DNA of 64,000 bases from an uncultured Candidatus Saccharibacteria bacterium (GTDB taxonomy: Bacteria; Patescibacteriota; Minisyncoccia; Phycocordibacterales; UBA5272), in assembly GCA_964517625.1 (NCBI GenBank), contig CAZFBW010000002.1, forward strand, positions 25,893 through 89,892, given 5' to 3'. Position 1 is the stretch's first letter, and every line of letters begins with the position of its first letter. Both the position numbers and the translations under genes were made by a program. Below are positions 31,562 through 41,531 of the stretch, piece by piece. The notes under the pieces were generated by a model. It did no database searches. It was not told the DNA's origin and saw only the letters and a program-made list of their open reading frames with translations.

Positions 31562-31669
31562 GTAGCTTCTGCGTTACGGATCCTAGGCTCACTCGTCACT
31601 GTACATTTGGGTACAGCTCCTTGTTCGCCTTCCCGTGCCTTGAATCTTTCTTATTGTATTGCTTTTCCT
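31543..31669. repeat. ~127-bp imperfect hairpin element, GTAC-core family, copy C
   Basis: Outer inverted repeat 31543-31562/31650-31669 (19/20), left arm is the gap 3' end; central CTGTAC-ATTTGG-GTACAG. Confidence 0.75.
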
Positions 31670-31696
31670 AGGGGTTTTATTGGTATACTTAGACTT

Positions 31697-32170
31697 ATGA
31701 AATTATATTTAGCAACAGACCACGCAGGATTTGAATTGAAAGAAAAAATAAAGAAACATCTTGAAGAACATAAGGGAGATTTTGGTATTACTGAAATTGA
31801 AGATTGTGGAGCACATGAACACAGAGATGGTGACAATTACCCAGAATATATGGCGCTCGCTGCAAAAAAGATACAACACGACGCTCTCCATGCGCCGGCA
31901 CTCGGTATTATTTTTGGTGGGTCAGGACAAGGGGAAGCTATTGTTGCTAATCGTTTCAAGCATGTACGCGCTATTGTGTACGCTGGAGGCAACTTAGAAC
32001 TTGTAAAATTAGGTCGTGAACATAACGATGCAAATGTGCTTTCAATTGGCGCACGATTTGTCACATACGAACAGGCACATGAAGCACTCGAACTTTTTTT
32101 GAAGACATCATTTTCACACGAGGAGCGTCATGCAGAGCGCGTCATTGCGATTGATGCACTTGAACACTAA
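31697..32170 (+). CDS. rpiB: ribose-5-phosphate isomerase B
   Basis: Start at ATG 31697; ATDHAGFELK, GGSGQGE, REHNDANVLSIGAR, RH. Confidence 0.92.
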   Translation: MKLYLATDHAGFELKEKIKKHLEEHKGDFGITEIEDCGAHEHRDGDNYPEYMALAAKKIQHDALHAPALGIIFGGSGQGEAIVANRFKHVRAIVYAGGNLELVKLGREHNDANVLSIGARFVTYEQAHEALELFLKTSFSHEERHAERVIAIDALEH

Positions 32171-32172
32171 AT

Positions 32173-32838
32173 ATGAGCATTATTCCTGCAATTTTGCCAC
32201 ACAGTTTTGAAGAGATGACAGAAAAACTGTCTCGCATTGAAGGGTTGACCTCACTTGTGCAAATTGATATTTGTGACGGTGTGTTTGGACTTGAAAAAAC
32301 ATGGATGCCAACAGGCGGAGAAATAATGCCCGCTGGTTTTGAATATGAATTTGATTTGATGGTGAGCGACTGGGGGACAGTGGTTGCCAATGTTGTAGCC
32401 CTTGGTGCAAAGCGCATTGTGCTTCACGTTGACCACATGGGAGATGAGGAGATCGGAAGCACAGTCTCCTCGCTTAAAGAAAAAGGAATTCTTGCCGGCA
32501 TTGCTGTTTCAAACGACATCGCCATTGAAACACATATTCACGCACTTCGTCTCGCTAAAGAAATTGATTATCAATGCTACGCACAGGTGATGGGTATCGC
32601 CCGCATCGGTGAACAAGGACAAGAGTTTGACGAAACTGCTCCAGAAAGAATTAGGGCGCTCAAAAGACAAATCGGGGACGCTGTTGTGCAAGTCGACGGT
32701 GCAATGAATCCAGAGAATGGTCCGAAAGTTGTAGAGGCTGGCGCAACATCCCTTGTTGTTGGTTCGTATCTTTTCAGTATGGGTGAAGTGGCAACGGCGT
32801 ATGGAAATATGCAATCTTTATTGCAAAGTGAAGAATAA
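32173..32838 (+). CDS. rpe: ribulose-phosphate 3-epimerase
   Basis: IIPAIL, QIDICDG, GEQGQEF, VQVDGAMN, LVVGS; pentose-phosphate context. Confidence 0.85.
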   Translation: MSIIPAILPHSFEEMTEKLSRIEGLTSLVQIDICDGVFGLEKTWMPTGGEIMPAGFEYEFDLMVSDWGTVVANVVALGAKRIVLHVDHMGDEEIGSTVSSLKEKGILAGIAVSNDIAIETHIHALRLAKEIDYQCYAQVMGIARIGEQGQEFDETAPERIRALKRQIGDAVVQVDGAMNPENGPKVVEAGATSLVVGSYLFSMGEVATAYGNMQSLLQSEE

Positions 32839-32885
32839 CGCCTTGTTCACTATCTCCTGGTACAGATACGCTATATACTATTTAC

Positions 32886-33752
32886 ATGCACGCATTGACT
32901 GATATTGAAGTAAGAGCGCTTGAACTTCGCGCAGAAGATATTCGCGAAAGTATTATCAAGATGCTTCTTGAGGCTGGGAGTGGTCACACGGCAGGACCGC
33001 TTGGTATGACGGACGTGTTTACCTGTCTTTATTTTCGTCTTCTTAATCACAATCCTCGCCACCCAAACTGGATTCAACGTGATAGGGTGATTCTTTCTAA
33101 TGGTCATATTGCTCCAGTCTTGTACGCGACGATGGCACACGCTGGGTACTTTCCAGTCCCTGAATTAAAAACACTCCGCAAGTTTGGTACACGCTTACAA
33201 GGTCATCCGCACCGCGACGCTCTTCCGGGTCTTGAAACAACGTCCGGTCCGCTTGGGTGTGGGCTCTCGCAAGCAATCGGCATGGCGCTTATGGATAAAT
33301 TGGAAGAACACAAGCCAGATAGATATTTTTATTGTTTGATGGGAGATGGCGAGATTAATGAAGGCCAGGTATGGGAATCATTGCTTCACTTAGGAAAATA
33401 TAATTTGCATAAAATTATTTCTATTATTGATAGAAATACAATTCAAATTGATGGATATACGGAAGACGTACTACCACTTGAACCGCTGAAAGATAAGTTA
33501 GAAGCTTTCAATCTCCACGTGGTTGAAATTGATGGACACAATATGCAAGACATTGTTCGTGCGGTTGGTGTTGCAAAATCAAGCATGGATAAGCCAACGG
33601 TAATCATTGCTCACACAATTCCGGGTAAAGGGGTAGATGAATTTGAGGGCGACTATAGATGGCATGGCAAAGCGCCAAACGAAGAAGAGGCAAAGCAGGC
33701 ACTTAAAGAATTGCGAACCTTGCGTGGGAAAGTTTTACACGGAGAAGCATAA
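32886..33752 (+). CDS. transketolase, N-terminal (TPP-binding) subunit
   Basis: SGH, DRVILSNGH, LQGHP, GDGE..EGQVWE, WHGKAP. Confidence 0.93.
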   Translation: MHALTDIEVRALELRAEDIRESIIKMLLEAGSGHTAGPLGMTDVFTCLYFRLLNHNPRHPNWIQRDRVILSNGHIAPVLYATMAHAGYFPVPELKTLRKFGTRLQGHPHRDALPGLETTSGPLGCGLSQAIGMALMDKLEEHKPDRYFYCLMGDGEINEGQVWESLLHLGKYNLHKIISIIDRNTIQIDGYTEDVLPLEPLKDKLEAFNLHVVEIDGHNMQDIVRAVGVAKSSMDKPTVIIAHTIPGKGVDEFEGDYRWHGKAPNEEEAKQALKELRTLRGKVLHGEA

Positions 33753-33758
33753 ACAGAT

Positions 33759-34745
33759 ATGTTAAGAAAAACACTCTTTACCCCAAATGAAGAAGAAAAA
33801 GCAACACGCGAAGGTTTCGGCGAAGGTCTTGTTGTTGCTGGAAAGAAAAATGCAAACGTTGTTGCGCTGTGTGCTGATTTGACGGACAGCACTAAGATGG
33901 ATTTATTTAAGAAGGAATTTCCACTACGATTTTTTGAAATGGGAATTACCGAGCAAGCAATGTCAGGTGTGGCTTCGGGAATGGCGGCGATGGGATATAA
34001 ACCATTCATGGCGAGCTACGCTATGTTTTCTCCTGGGCGTAACTGGGAACAAATTCGTACGACTATTGCTTACAACAACCAACCAGTGACTGTTGTCGGT
34101 GCGCACGCGGGCATCTCGGTTGGGCCAGACGGTGCAACCCATCAAGCACTCGAAGATATTGCTATTATGCGCGCAATACCAAACATGAATATCCTTGTTC
34201 CGTGTGATGCTGTTGAAGCAAAAGCAATGACAGAATTTTTAGCTACGTTTGAATCTCCGGCATATCTGCGTTTAACGCGCGAAAAAACTCCAATTATTGT
34301 TTCCGATGACACACCATTTACCTTTGGCAAAGCGAGCATCCTCTATATTCCACAAAGCAAATACGGCAAACCATACATGCACAAAATAGCAATCATTGCG
34401 TGTGGTCCAATCATTTACGAAGCACTTAAAGCAGCGCACGAACTTGAAAAAGAAGGAATTGGTGCAACGGTGATTAATATGTCTACTATAAAACCACTCG
34501 ATACTGATTTTCTCTTAAGACTTTCTCGTGATGTGCAAAGCTTTGTTACTGTAGAAGAAGGACAAATGCATGGTGGATTGGGTGGTGCTGTTGCTGAATA
34601 CATGTCAGCATACAAGCCAATCAAAATTGTTTCAGTTGGGGTTAAGGACAGGTTCGGACAAAGTGGTAAGCCACAAGAGTTGTATCAAGAATATGAAATG
34701 ACATCATCTCATATTGTAGAAGCGGCGAAACAATCACTCGTATAA
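33759..34745 (+). CDS. transketolase, C-terminal subunit
   Basis: ADL..S, MGITEQ, GPDGATHQALED, PAYLRL.R. Confidence 0.93.
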   Translation: MLRKTLFTPNEEEKATREGFGEGLVVAGKKNANVVALCADLTDSTKMDLFKKEFPLRFFEMGITEQAMSGVASGMAAMGYKPFMASYAMFSPGRNWEQIRTTIAYNNQPVTVVGAHAGISVGPDGATHQALEDIAIMRAIPNMNILVPCDAVEAKAMTEFLATFESPAYLRLTREKTPIIVSDDTPFTFGKASILYIPQSKYGKPYMHKIAIIACGPIIYEALKAAHELEKEGIGATVINMSTIKPLDTDFLLRLSRDVQSFVTVEEGQMHGGLGGAVAEYMSAYKPIKIVSVGVKDRFGQSGKPQELYQEYEMTSSHIVEAAKQSLV

Positions 34746-34781
34746 TAAAAAACCTCGCACCATGTGCGAGGTTTTTTTATT
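34744..34781. terminator. bidirectional terminator
   Basis: AATAAAAAACCTCGCAC-CAT-GTGCGAGGTTTTTTTATT between convergent genes. Confidence 0.75.
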
Positions 34782-34786
34782 GTTTA

Positions 34787-35779
34787 CTATTCCAGTATGT
34801 TGAGTGTGTAGGTTGCTGGTGCTTTGCTTAGGTATTCTTCCAATTTTTCTTCGGTGAGCAATCCTTCTTGTGCGCCGACATGTTGAACTACATTCATACT
34901 GTTAATCGGTGCACGAACAATTGCATACGCTGGGTCGAATCCTCGCGCAAGGAAGGAAACAAAGGTAGAAAAGAACGCATCCCCAGCACCCGTTCGTTCA
35001 AATGGAGGCTTTTCGTCAGGATAAATTGGCATATTGAAGTAGGTGCCATTATTTTTCATATATGAGCCGTTGTGACCATCGGTGATGATAACGATTTTTG
35101 GGCCCCATGTTTCTAACATGTCGAGCAATTTTTTAATATCGTGCTCTTCTGTTTCAAGCAACCCTTGTGATTCCTCTTTGTTCATACACACAACTTCGGT
35201 TTTTTTGTAGAGGTCAGCAATTTCTTTCTTGAACCCAAGCTGAAATGTTCCTGGTTGGAATGCAAGTTTTACTTCAGGGTGTGACTCCAGGTATTTAATG
35301 AGTTCGTGGTGCATCGGAAGGGTGTGTTTACCTAACGATGAGAGGTAAACCCACTTTGGTGTACCTAAATCAGGAAGCACCGGCGTAAATTCTTCGTGTT
35401 TGATGAGAATTGTTCTGTCATCGCCGTACCAGAGCACATAGTGGTAGTTCGTACGCTTACCGTCTTCTAGTTGGATAAATTTCGTCGCAACTTTTTCTGC
35501 TTCCAATTTATCGAGACACTCTTTTCCGTGCTTGTCGTTGCCAAGGTAGGTAAGAAGGGCAGCTGAAAGTCCAAGACGAGACGCAGAAACTGCGGCATTT
35601 GCACTGTTTCCAACGGCTGGAAGCACAACCACACTATCGTAAGGAACTTTTGCTCCATACGGAATACAGAGTTCTGCACCGTGAGCTGTTTCTTGCACAT
35701 GACCAACAGAAACTCTAATAAAAGCATCAATGACAGTGTCGCCAATTGCGACAAAGTCAAAATTTTGTTGTGTATCCAT
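34787..35779 (-). CDS. PfkB family carbohydrate kinase
   Basis: GNSANAAV..SRLG, NKEE, ITDG..G, RTGAGDAF. Confidence 0.9.
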   Translation of the reverse strand: MDTQQNFDFVAIGDTVIDAFIRVSVGHVQETAHGAELCIPYGAKVPYDSVVVLPAVGNSANAAVSASRLGLSAALLTYLGNDKHGKECLDKLEAEKVATKFIQLEDGKRTNYHYVLWYGDDRTILIKHEEFTPVLPDLGTPKWVYLSSLGKHTLPMHHELIKYLESHPEVKLAFQPGTFQLGFKKEIADLYKKTEVVCMNKEESQGLLETEEHDIKKLLDMLETWGPKIVIITDGHNGSYMKNNGTYFNMPIYPDEKPPFERTGAGDAFFSTFVSFLARGFDPAYAIVRAPINSMNVVQHVGAQEGLLTEEKLEEYLSKAPATYTLNILE

Positions 35780-35823
35780 ATGTTCTTTAGTCTATCATCG
35801 TAAGTGCGATATACTATGTTGAT

Positions 35824-36714
35824 ATGAAGACATTAACCCCCCAATCAAACCATTATCTCGACACTGTTCTTGCTTATAAGGCAGAAGGAAAAGCAATTGC
35901 ACATTTTAATATTTCTAATCTTGATCAATTGCGCGCAATTTGTGATGTGGCGCAAGAACTAAAACAACCAGTAATTATAGGGGCAAGCGAAGGAGAGCGA
36001 AGCTATATGGGGGTAGCGATGGTCAGGAAAATGGTTGATGAAATGAATCAAGAATACGACGTGCCAATATTTTTAAACGCTGACCACACATACACCTTTG
36101 AAAAAGTAAAAGAGGTGGTTGAGCTTGGCTATGACAGCGTGATAATCGATGGAGCAAAGCTTCCGTATGAAGAAAATGTTGCACTTGTAAAACAGTGTGT
36201 TGATTTTGTACGTGACTATGAAGCAAAAACCGGTAAACGCGTACTTACGGAAGCAGAGCTTGGATACATTGGACAGTCGTCATCGCTTAATAGCGCTCTT
36301 CCAGAAGGGGTGACAGAAGAAAACTTAACGACAGTGGAACAAGCAAAAGACTTTGTTCTTCGTACGGGTATCGATATGTTTGCTCCAGCAATTGGTAACG
36401 TCCATGGAATGTTGATTGATGCGGAAGAACCGAAATTGCATATCGACAGACTCAAAGAAATAAGCGCAGTCATTGATGTACCTCTCGTACTTCATGGTGC
36501 TTCTGGAAATACCGATGAAGATTTGATGGCGTCAATTGATGCGGGAATTTCTATTGTGCATATTAATACTGAAATCAGAAAAGCATTCCGTGATGGTGAA
36601 ATGAACTACTTGGCGGAACACCCAAATGAAGTTGCACCGTATAAGTTTGGCAAAGAAGGACAGGAAGAAATGAAAAAAGTGGTGAAGGCGAAAATGGAGT
36701 TATATATGAAATAA
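35824..36714 (+). CDS. fba: class II fructose-bisphosphate aldolase
   Basis: NADH, SVIIDG, EAELG, AIGNVHG, LVLHGASG, INTE. Confidence 0.92.
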   Translation: MKTLTPQSNHYLDTVLAYKAEGKAIAHFNISNLDQLRAICDVAQELKQPVIIGASEGERSYMGVAMVRKMVDEMNQEYDVPIFLNADHTYTFEKVKEVVELGYDSVIIDGAKLPYEENVALVKQCVDFVRDYEAKTGKRVLTEAELGYIGQSSSLNSALPEGVTEENLTTVEQAKDFVLRTGIDMFAPAIGNVHGMLIDAEEPKLHIDRLKEISAVIDVPLVLHGASGNTDEDLMASIDAGISIVHINTEIRKAFRDGEMNYLAEHPNEVAPYKFGKEGQEEMKKVVKAKMELYMK

Positions 36715-36718
36715 AACC

Positions 36719-37102
36719 ATGACAACACTTTTTACAAAAATCATACAGGGAGAAATTCCATCATATAAAGTGTATGAAGACGATGTAGTATTTGCATTTT
36801 TGGACATTAACCCAATGCAAAAGGGACACACACTTGTTGTGCCGAAAGTAGAAATTGACCAATTGATTGATCTGGACGAAAAAACGTTTGATAGGTATAT
36901 GCATCGTGTGCGCTATGTTGCGCAAATTCTGCGCGCAAAGACAAATTGCAAGCGAGTCTGTATGGTGGTTGAAGGGTATGCGATTCCACACGCACATGTA
37001 CATCTCATCCCAACAAACTCTGCAGACGAATTCGATAAGAAACATGTTCATCCTGCAACAAAAGAAGAACTTGAAGAAATGCATAAGCTTCTTACCACAT
37101 AA
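36719..37102 (+). CDS. HIT family hydrolase
   Basis: AFLDINP..KGHTLVVPK, HAHVHLIP. Confidence 0.93.
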   Translation: MTTLFTKIIQGEIPSYKVYEDDVVFAFLDINPMQKGHTLVVPKVEIDQLIDLDEKTFDRYMHRVRYVAQILRAKTNCKRVCMVVEGYAIPHAHVHLIPTNSADEFDKKHVHPATKEELEEMHKLLTT

Positions 37103-37362
37103 TGCGCTCCTTTACTGATAACGTATACGCTGTTGTAAAAAAGATTAAGAAGGGAAAAACGCTTACTTATAAACAAGTGGCTGATTTGGCAGGGAATCCG
37201 AAAGCGTGCCGGGCAGTAGGAAATATTTTGAATAAGAATTACGATAAAAAGATCCCGTGTCACAGGGTTATTCGAAGTGACGGACGTCCTGGCGGGTACA
37301 ATCGGGGAGAAAAATTAAAGATAAGGCGCCTCAAACAAGAAGGTGCTACACTTATAGTATGA
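37102..37362 (+). CDS. MGMT family (O6-alkylguanine alkyltransferase) DNA-binding-domain protein
   Basis: TY.QVA..AGNPKACRAVG, IPCHRVIRSDG. Confidence 0.9.
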   Translation: MRSFTDNVYAVVKKIKKGKTLTYKQVADLAGNPKACRAVGNILNKNYDKKIPCHRVIRSDGRPGGYNRGEKLKIRRLKQEGATLIV

Positions 37363-37700
37363 TTTGGCACATTATTCTTCGTATCGTCGCAATTTTAGTT
37401 GCAAGCTACATTACCCACGTCGGCGTACCACTTGTTGTTTCTATGAACACGCTCTGGATTGCTTTCTTGGTATCAATAGTGCTTGCAATTATTAACCACA
37501 CCATTAAACCGCTTCTCCACATTATTCTCATACCAATTCACTTTTTAACACTTGGACTTTCTTCATTTTTAGTCAACGGCGCGATGATTGTACTTGCGAG
37601 CTATTTAGTTCCTGGATTTATTATTCCAAGTATTATCATGGGAATTTGGTTTTCTTTTGTCTTGGCGGTTATCAATTGGTTACTCCATATTTTTGAATAA
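37359..37700 (+). CDS. 4-TM 'phage holin family' (YvlD-like) membrane protein
   Basis: LAIINHTIKPLL...P..FLTLGL..LVNG...LVPGF. Confidence 0.8.
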   Translation: MIWHIILRIVAILVASYITHVGVPLVVSMNTLWIAFLVSIVLAIINHTIKPLLHIILIPIHFLTLGLSSFLVNGAMIVLASYLVPGFIIPSIIMGIWFSFVLAVINWLLHIFE

Positions 37701-37745
37701 ACCACTCCTATAAGGGTATTTTTAGTTTTTGCTATTATCTGTTGC

Positions 37746-38888
37746 GTGGTAAAATGGGTGTGTATGTCACTAATACTAGGAATTTTGGGCGGACTTGTTG
37801 GGATTATTATTATCGGAGGAATTATCGCCTTAGGGTACAGCGCTGTGTCTGGAAACCAAGGCAACAATCTTATGGAAAATAAAATAAAAGCACTTGATGT
37901 ATTCGTATACTTGGGTATTTTTATTACCCTTGTTGTTTCGGTAACAAATCTTTTACAAATTATATTTGCAGCAGTTAATCGTAAATTTGTCGATTTGCTT
38001 GACTACCAAGGAGTGATGGATGTTTACAATAGTGATGTTCGTTTTGCAATCGCATCGCTTGTCGTGGTGTATCCAATTTACGTCGGTCTCTCATGGTTTG
38101 TTGCGAAAGATATCGTCAAGAATCCTTACAAGCGTGATTTGAAGATTCGTAAAATCATGATTTATGTGGCACTCTTTGTCACGCTTTGTACACTTGTCGG
38201 AACGCTCGTTTCTATTATTTATACCTATTTAGGTGGCGAGCTCTCTGTTCGCTTTGGGTTAAAAGCGGTTGCGGTATTTGCAGTAGCGCTTACGGTGTTT
38301 GGATACTATTTGTTTTCACTTCGTCGCGATTATGCACAAAAAACATATATTCCGCACATATTTACTATTGGTGTAACACTCGCAGTTGTGGTTTCACTGG
38401 TGTGGAGTATTTCAATTGTTGGTACGCCAGGAGAAATGCGTATGAAGCGAATAGACAATACCCGTCTCTCGGATATTTCTCGTCTTCAACAAGAAGTTTT
38501 CAACCACTTCCAGGGAGCAGACAAACTTCCAGCCAATCTCGCAGAATTAAATGATGCTTTTCAAGGGTACTCTGTTCCTGTAGACCCGGTCACGAAAGAA
38601 AATTATGTTTACAGAGTAGTGGAGCAACCAGTAATGCGAATGAATTATACGACCAACAAAAAAGAGATGGCAACTAATGCTGTATTTGAATTGTGTGCAA
38701 CGTTTGACACCAAACGCGCAGTTGATTCTCGTGGAATGCAGATTGTCGGTAAGGGTGGAGCAACAGATGTTATGTATTCTGTAGCAAATTACTACAACGA
38801 ATATGACCAGTCACCATTTTGGAACCACGAAGCGGGAGAGACATGCTTTAAGCGTATTATCACTCCGGATATGTACTACGGTCGCTAG
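37746..38888 (+). CDS. DUF5671-like multi-pass membrane protein
   Basis: RFAIASLVVVYPIY, YLGGELSVRF.LK, GTP..R..R.D..R.SD, FELCATF; start uncertain (37764 or 37872 possible). Confidence 0.7.
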   Translation: MVKWVCMSLILGILGGLVGIIIIGGIIALGYSAVSGNQGNNLMENKIKALDVFVYLGIFITLVVSVTNLLQIIFAAVNRKFVDLLDYQGVMDVYNSDVRFAIASLVVVYPIYVGLSWFVAKDIVKNPYKRDLKIRKIMIYVALFVTLCTLVGTLVSIIYTYLGGELSVRFGLKAVAVFAVALTVFGYYLFSLRRDYAQKTYIPHIFTIGVTLAVVVSLVWSISIVGTPGEMRMKRIDNTRLSDISRLQQEVFNHFQGADKLPANLAELNDAFQGYSVPVDPVTKENYVYRVVEQPVMRMNYTTNKKEMATNAVFELCATFDTKRAVDSRGMQIVGKGGATDVMYSVANYYNEYDQSPFWNHEAGETCFKRIITPDMYYGR

Positions 38889-39010
38889 ATAGCCAAAATC
38901 ACTTCATCTACTTTGTTGCCACATCAAACTTGTCAGTCGCCGTACATGTAAGTACGTCTTCTTCCAAGTTTTCGTGGCGTCTCGTATCTGAAGCAATTTT
39001 GGCCATCTAG
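38885..39010. repeat. ~126-bp imperfect hairpin element, GTAC-core family, copy B
   Basis: Outer inverted repeat 38885-38906/38989-39010 (19/22); central CGTAC-ATGTAA-GTACG; core similar to 3151-3273. Confidence 0.8.
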
Positions 39011-39065
39011 GGAGACACACTCTCTCGACGGGGGGCTGTTTTTCACGTATTATTAATAGACAATT

Positions 39066-41489
39066 ATGAGCATGTACGATTTCAAGACAATTGAAGAATA
39101 TTGGCAGAAAAAGTGGGGTGAACAGCAAACCTACAAAACAGGTGAAGATACGTCTAAAGAAAAAATGTATGTGCTCGGCATGTTTCCATACCCCTCAGGT
39201 GAGGGGCTTCATGTGGGCCATGCACGAATCTTTACGGCTAGCGATATCTACGCGCGCAAAAAGCGAATGGAAGGATACAATGTTTTGTTTCCAACAGGAT
39301 GGGATGCATTTGGACTTCCCGCAGAACAGTTCGCGATAAAAAACAAAATTCATCCACGTATTTCAACAGATAACAATGTAAACAACTTCAGACGTCAGAT
39401 GAAGATGCTTGGGCTTTCGTATGATTTTAATCGCGAAGTGGATACTACTGACCCCGCATACTACAAATGGACGCAGTGGATATTTTTAAAGATGCATGAG
39501 AAAGGGCTTGCCTTTGAATCGTACGACCCGATTAATTGGTGTCCATCGTGTGAGACTGGACTTGCTAACGAAGACTTGGAAGCTGGAAAATGTGAGCGCT
39601 GTGGAACAGTTGTTGAAAAAAAGAAGATGCGCCAATGGACGCTTCGTATTACTGACTATGCAGAACGATTACTTAATGATTTAGATACGCTTGATGCATG
39701 GCCGGAGTGGTTAAAAGCTCTAGAGCGTAATTGGATTGGAAAATCAGAAGGAGCAGAATTTGATTTTGAATTAGTTGATGCACCGGCGAAGAGTGTGAAG
39801 ATTTTTACAACGCGTCCAGATACCTTATTTGGTGCAACGTTTGTCGCAATTTCTGCCGAACTTGCTGATGAGTGGTTGAAAAATGGATGGGAGGCAGAAG
39901 AAGATATTCATGAGTATGTCACAAAAACGCTTGTTGAACAGAAAGAAGTTTTAGAGCACGGTGCCGAACGCGAAAAGACAGGAATATTTTCTGACATCTA
40001 TGCAATCAATCCAACCACAAAAGAAAAAATCCCTGTTTGGATTGCAAACTATGTATTAGGTGGTGTAGGAACAGGGGCGATTATGGCGGTGCCTGCACAT
40101 GACGAGCGCGATTTTGAATTTGCTTTCAAATATAACATTCCAATCAAAGAGGTTGTTGTAAGCGAGAAAAGCACATTACCAGAGAAGGCATTTGTTGGTG
40201 AAGGAACACTTATTAATTCCGAAACATTTGATGGAATGAAAAGCGAAGAAGCGAAACACAGAATCACTGAACACTTTAAAGGAACACCTGTAACACGCTA
40301 CAAGTTGCAAGATTGGGTATTTTCCCGCCAGCGCTACTGGGGTGAACCAATCCCAATGGTGCATGACGAGGACGGGAAGGTGTATCCACTTGATGAAAGT
40401 GAGCTACCGCTCACACTTCCACAGGTAGAGCATTACGCTCCCTCAGGAACTGGAGAAAGTCCGCTTGCAACGATTGCCGACTGGGTAAACGTCAAAGGCA
40501 TCATCACAGAGAAGGGGACATTTAAACAGGATGTTCATGGAAAAGTATTTAAGCGCGAGACAAATACCATGCCCCAGTGGGCGGGTTCTTCATGGTATTA
40601 TTTGCGTTTTGCGGATGCACACAATGAAAAAGAGTTGATTTCATCCCAAGCGGAACAATACTGGCAACCGGTTGATAGGTATGTGGGTGGCGCAGAACAC
40701 GCAACACGTCACCTGATTTATGCGCGCTTTTGGCATAAGTTTTTGTACGATATCGGTGTTGTTTCTCATTCCGAACCATTTCTTACCATGGAATCGGTCG
40801 GCCTTGTTCTTGGTCCTGATGGCCAAAAAATGAGTAAGCGTAGAGGAAATATTGTAAATCCAGACGATGTGGTAAATGTTTGGGGTGCAGACACCGTGCG
40901 CATGTATTCTGCGTTTATGGGTTCATTTTATGATGCAACACCATGGAACCCGGACGCAATTATCGGATGCCTTCGTTTTTTGGAAAAGGTTTGGAAGATG
41001 AAGGATTGGGTTGTTCCAGAAGAAGTTACTTCACTTGAAGCGCCACTTCACAAGACAATTAAAAAAGTTACTGACGATATTGAAACATTTAAGTTCAACA
41101 CTGCAATTTCTTCAATGATGATTTTTATAAATAATGTTGATGGTGAAAAGCGTATCGGAAAGGATGCATGGAAGGTGTTTGTAAAAATGCTTGCACCGTT
41201 TGCACCGCATGTGGCGGAGGAATTGTGGAAAGAAGCAGGCGAGAGTAATTCAGTGCACCTTTCGGTATGGCCAACATACGATTCTGCTAAAACTATAGAC
41301 AGTGAAGTAACGCTCCCGATTCAGATTAACGGTAAACTTCGCGGAACATTCGTTGCTTCTTTTGATGCAAGTGATGAGGTCATCACAGAGGCTCTCAAAA
41401 CGACCGAAACCTACCAAAAATATGTGGGGGAAGGGGTCCCGAAAAAGGTAATCATCATCAAAAATCGCCTTGTCAATGTGGTGATTTGA
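39066..41489 (+). CDS. leuS: leucine--tRNA ligase
   Basis: MFPYPSGEGLHVGH, editing domain FTTRPDT/GTGAIMAVPAHD, SRQRYWG, KMSKR. Confidence 0.97.
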   Translation: MSMYDFKTIEEYWQKKWGEQQTYKTGEDTSKEKMYVLGMFPYPSGEGLHVGHARIFTASDIYARKKRMEGYNVLFPTGWDAFGLPAEQFAIKNKIHPRISTDNNVNNFRRQMKMLGLSYDFNREVDTTDPAYYKWTQWIFLKMHEKGLAFESYDPINWCPSCETGLANEDLEAGKCERCGTVVEKKKMRQWTLRITDYAERLLNDLDTLDAWPEWLKALERNWIGKSEGAEFDFELVDAPAKSVKIFTTRPDTLFGATFVAISAELADEWLKNGWEAEEDIHEYVTKTLVEQKEVLEHGAEREKTGIFSDIYAINPTTKEKIPVWIANYVLGGVGTGAIMAVPAHDERDFEFAFKYNIPIKEVVVSEKSTLPEKAFVGEGTLINSETFDGMKSEEAKHRITEHFKGTPVTRYKLQDWVFSRQRYWGEPIPMVHDEDGKVYPLDESELPLTLPQVEHYAPSGTGESPLATIADWVNVKGIITEKGTFKQDVHGKVFKRETNTMPQWAGSSWYYLRFADAHNEKELISSQAEQYWQPVDRYVGGAEHATRHLIYARFWHKFLYDIGVVSHSEPFLTMESVGLVLGPDGQKMSKRRGNIVNPDDVVNVWGADTVRMYSAFMGSFYDATPWNPDAIIGCLRFLEKVWKMKDWVVPEEVTSLEAPLHKTIKKVTDDIETFKFNTAISSMMIFINNVDGEKRIGKDAWKVFVKMLAPFAPHVAEELWKEAGESNSVHLSVWPTYDSAKTIDSEVTLPIQINGKLRGTFVASFDASDEVITEALKTTETYQKYVGEGVPKKVIIIKNRLVNVVI

Positions 41490-41531
41490 CGAAAATTGGT
41501 ATTTCTGGTAGTATGTACCCACACTAAAAAC

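Noticed and set aside
31607-31696. 30-aa N-terminal extension of RpiB in the ORF track
   Set aside because: Begins inside hairpin element C; the ATG at 31697 follows a TGGTATACT box and matches the family start
31697-32170. RpiB lacking the catalytic Cys as a possible pseudo-enzyme
   Set aside because: GGSGxGE is the known Glu-dependent (M. tuberculosis-type) RpiB variant
32886-34745. Split transketolase as a frameshifted pseudogene
   Set aside because: Two-gene transketolases are a normal, widespread form and both ORFs retain their motifs
37359-37700. 'Phage holin' as evidence of a prophage
   Set aside because: This family is a common chromosomal membrane protein; no phage genes nearby
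38889-39065. T-box riboswitch upstream of leuS
   Set aside because: No TGGNACC antiterminator bulge; the structure is hairpin element B, also found at non-synthetase loci
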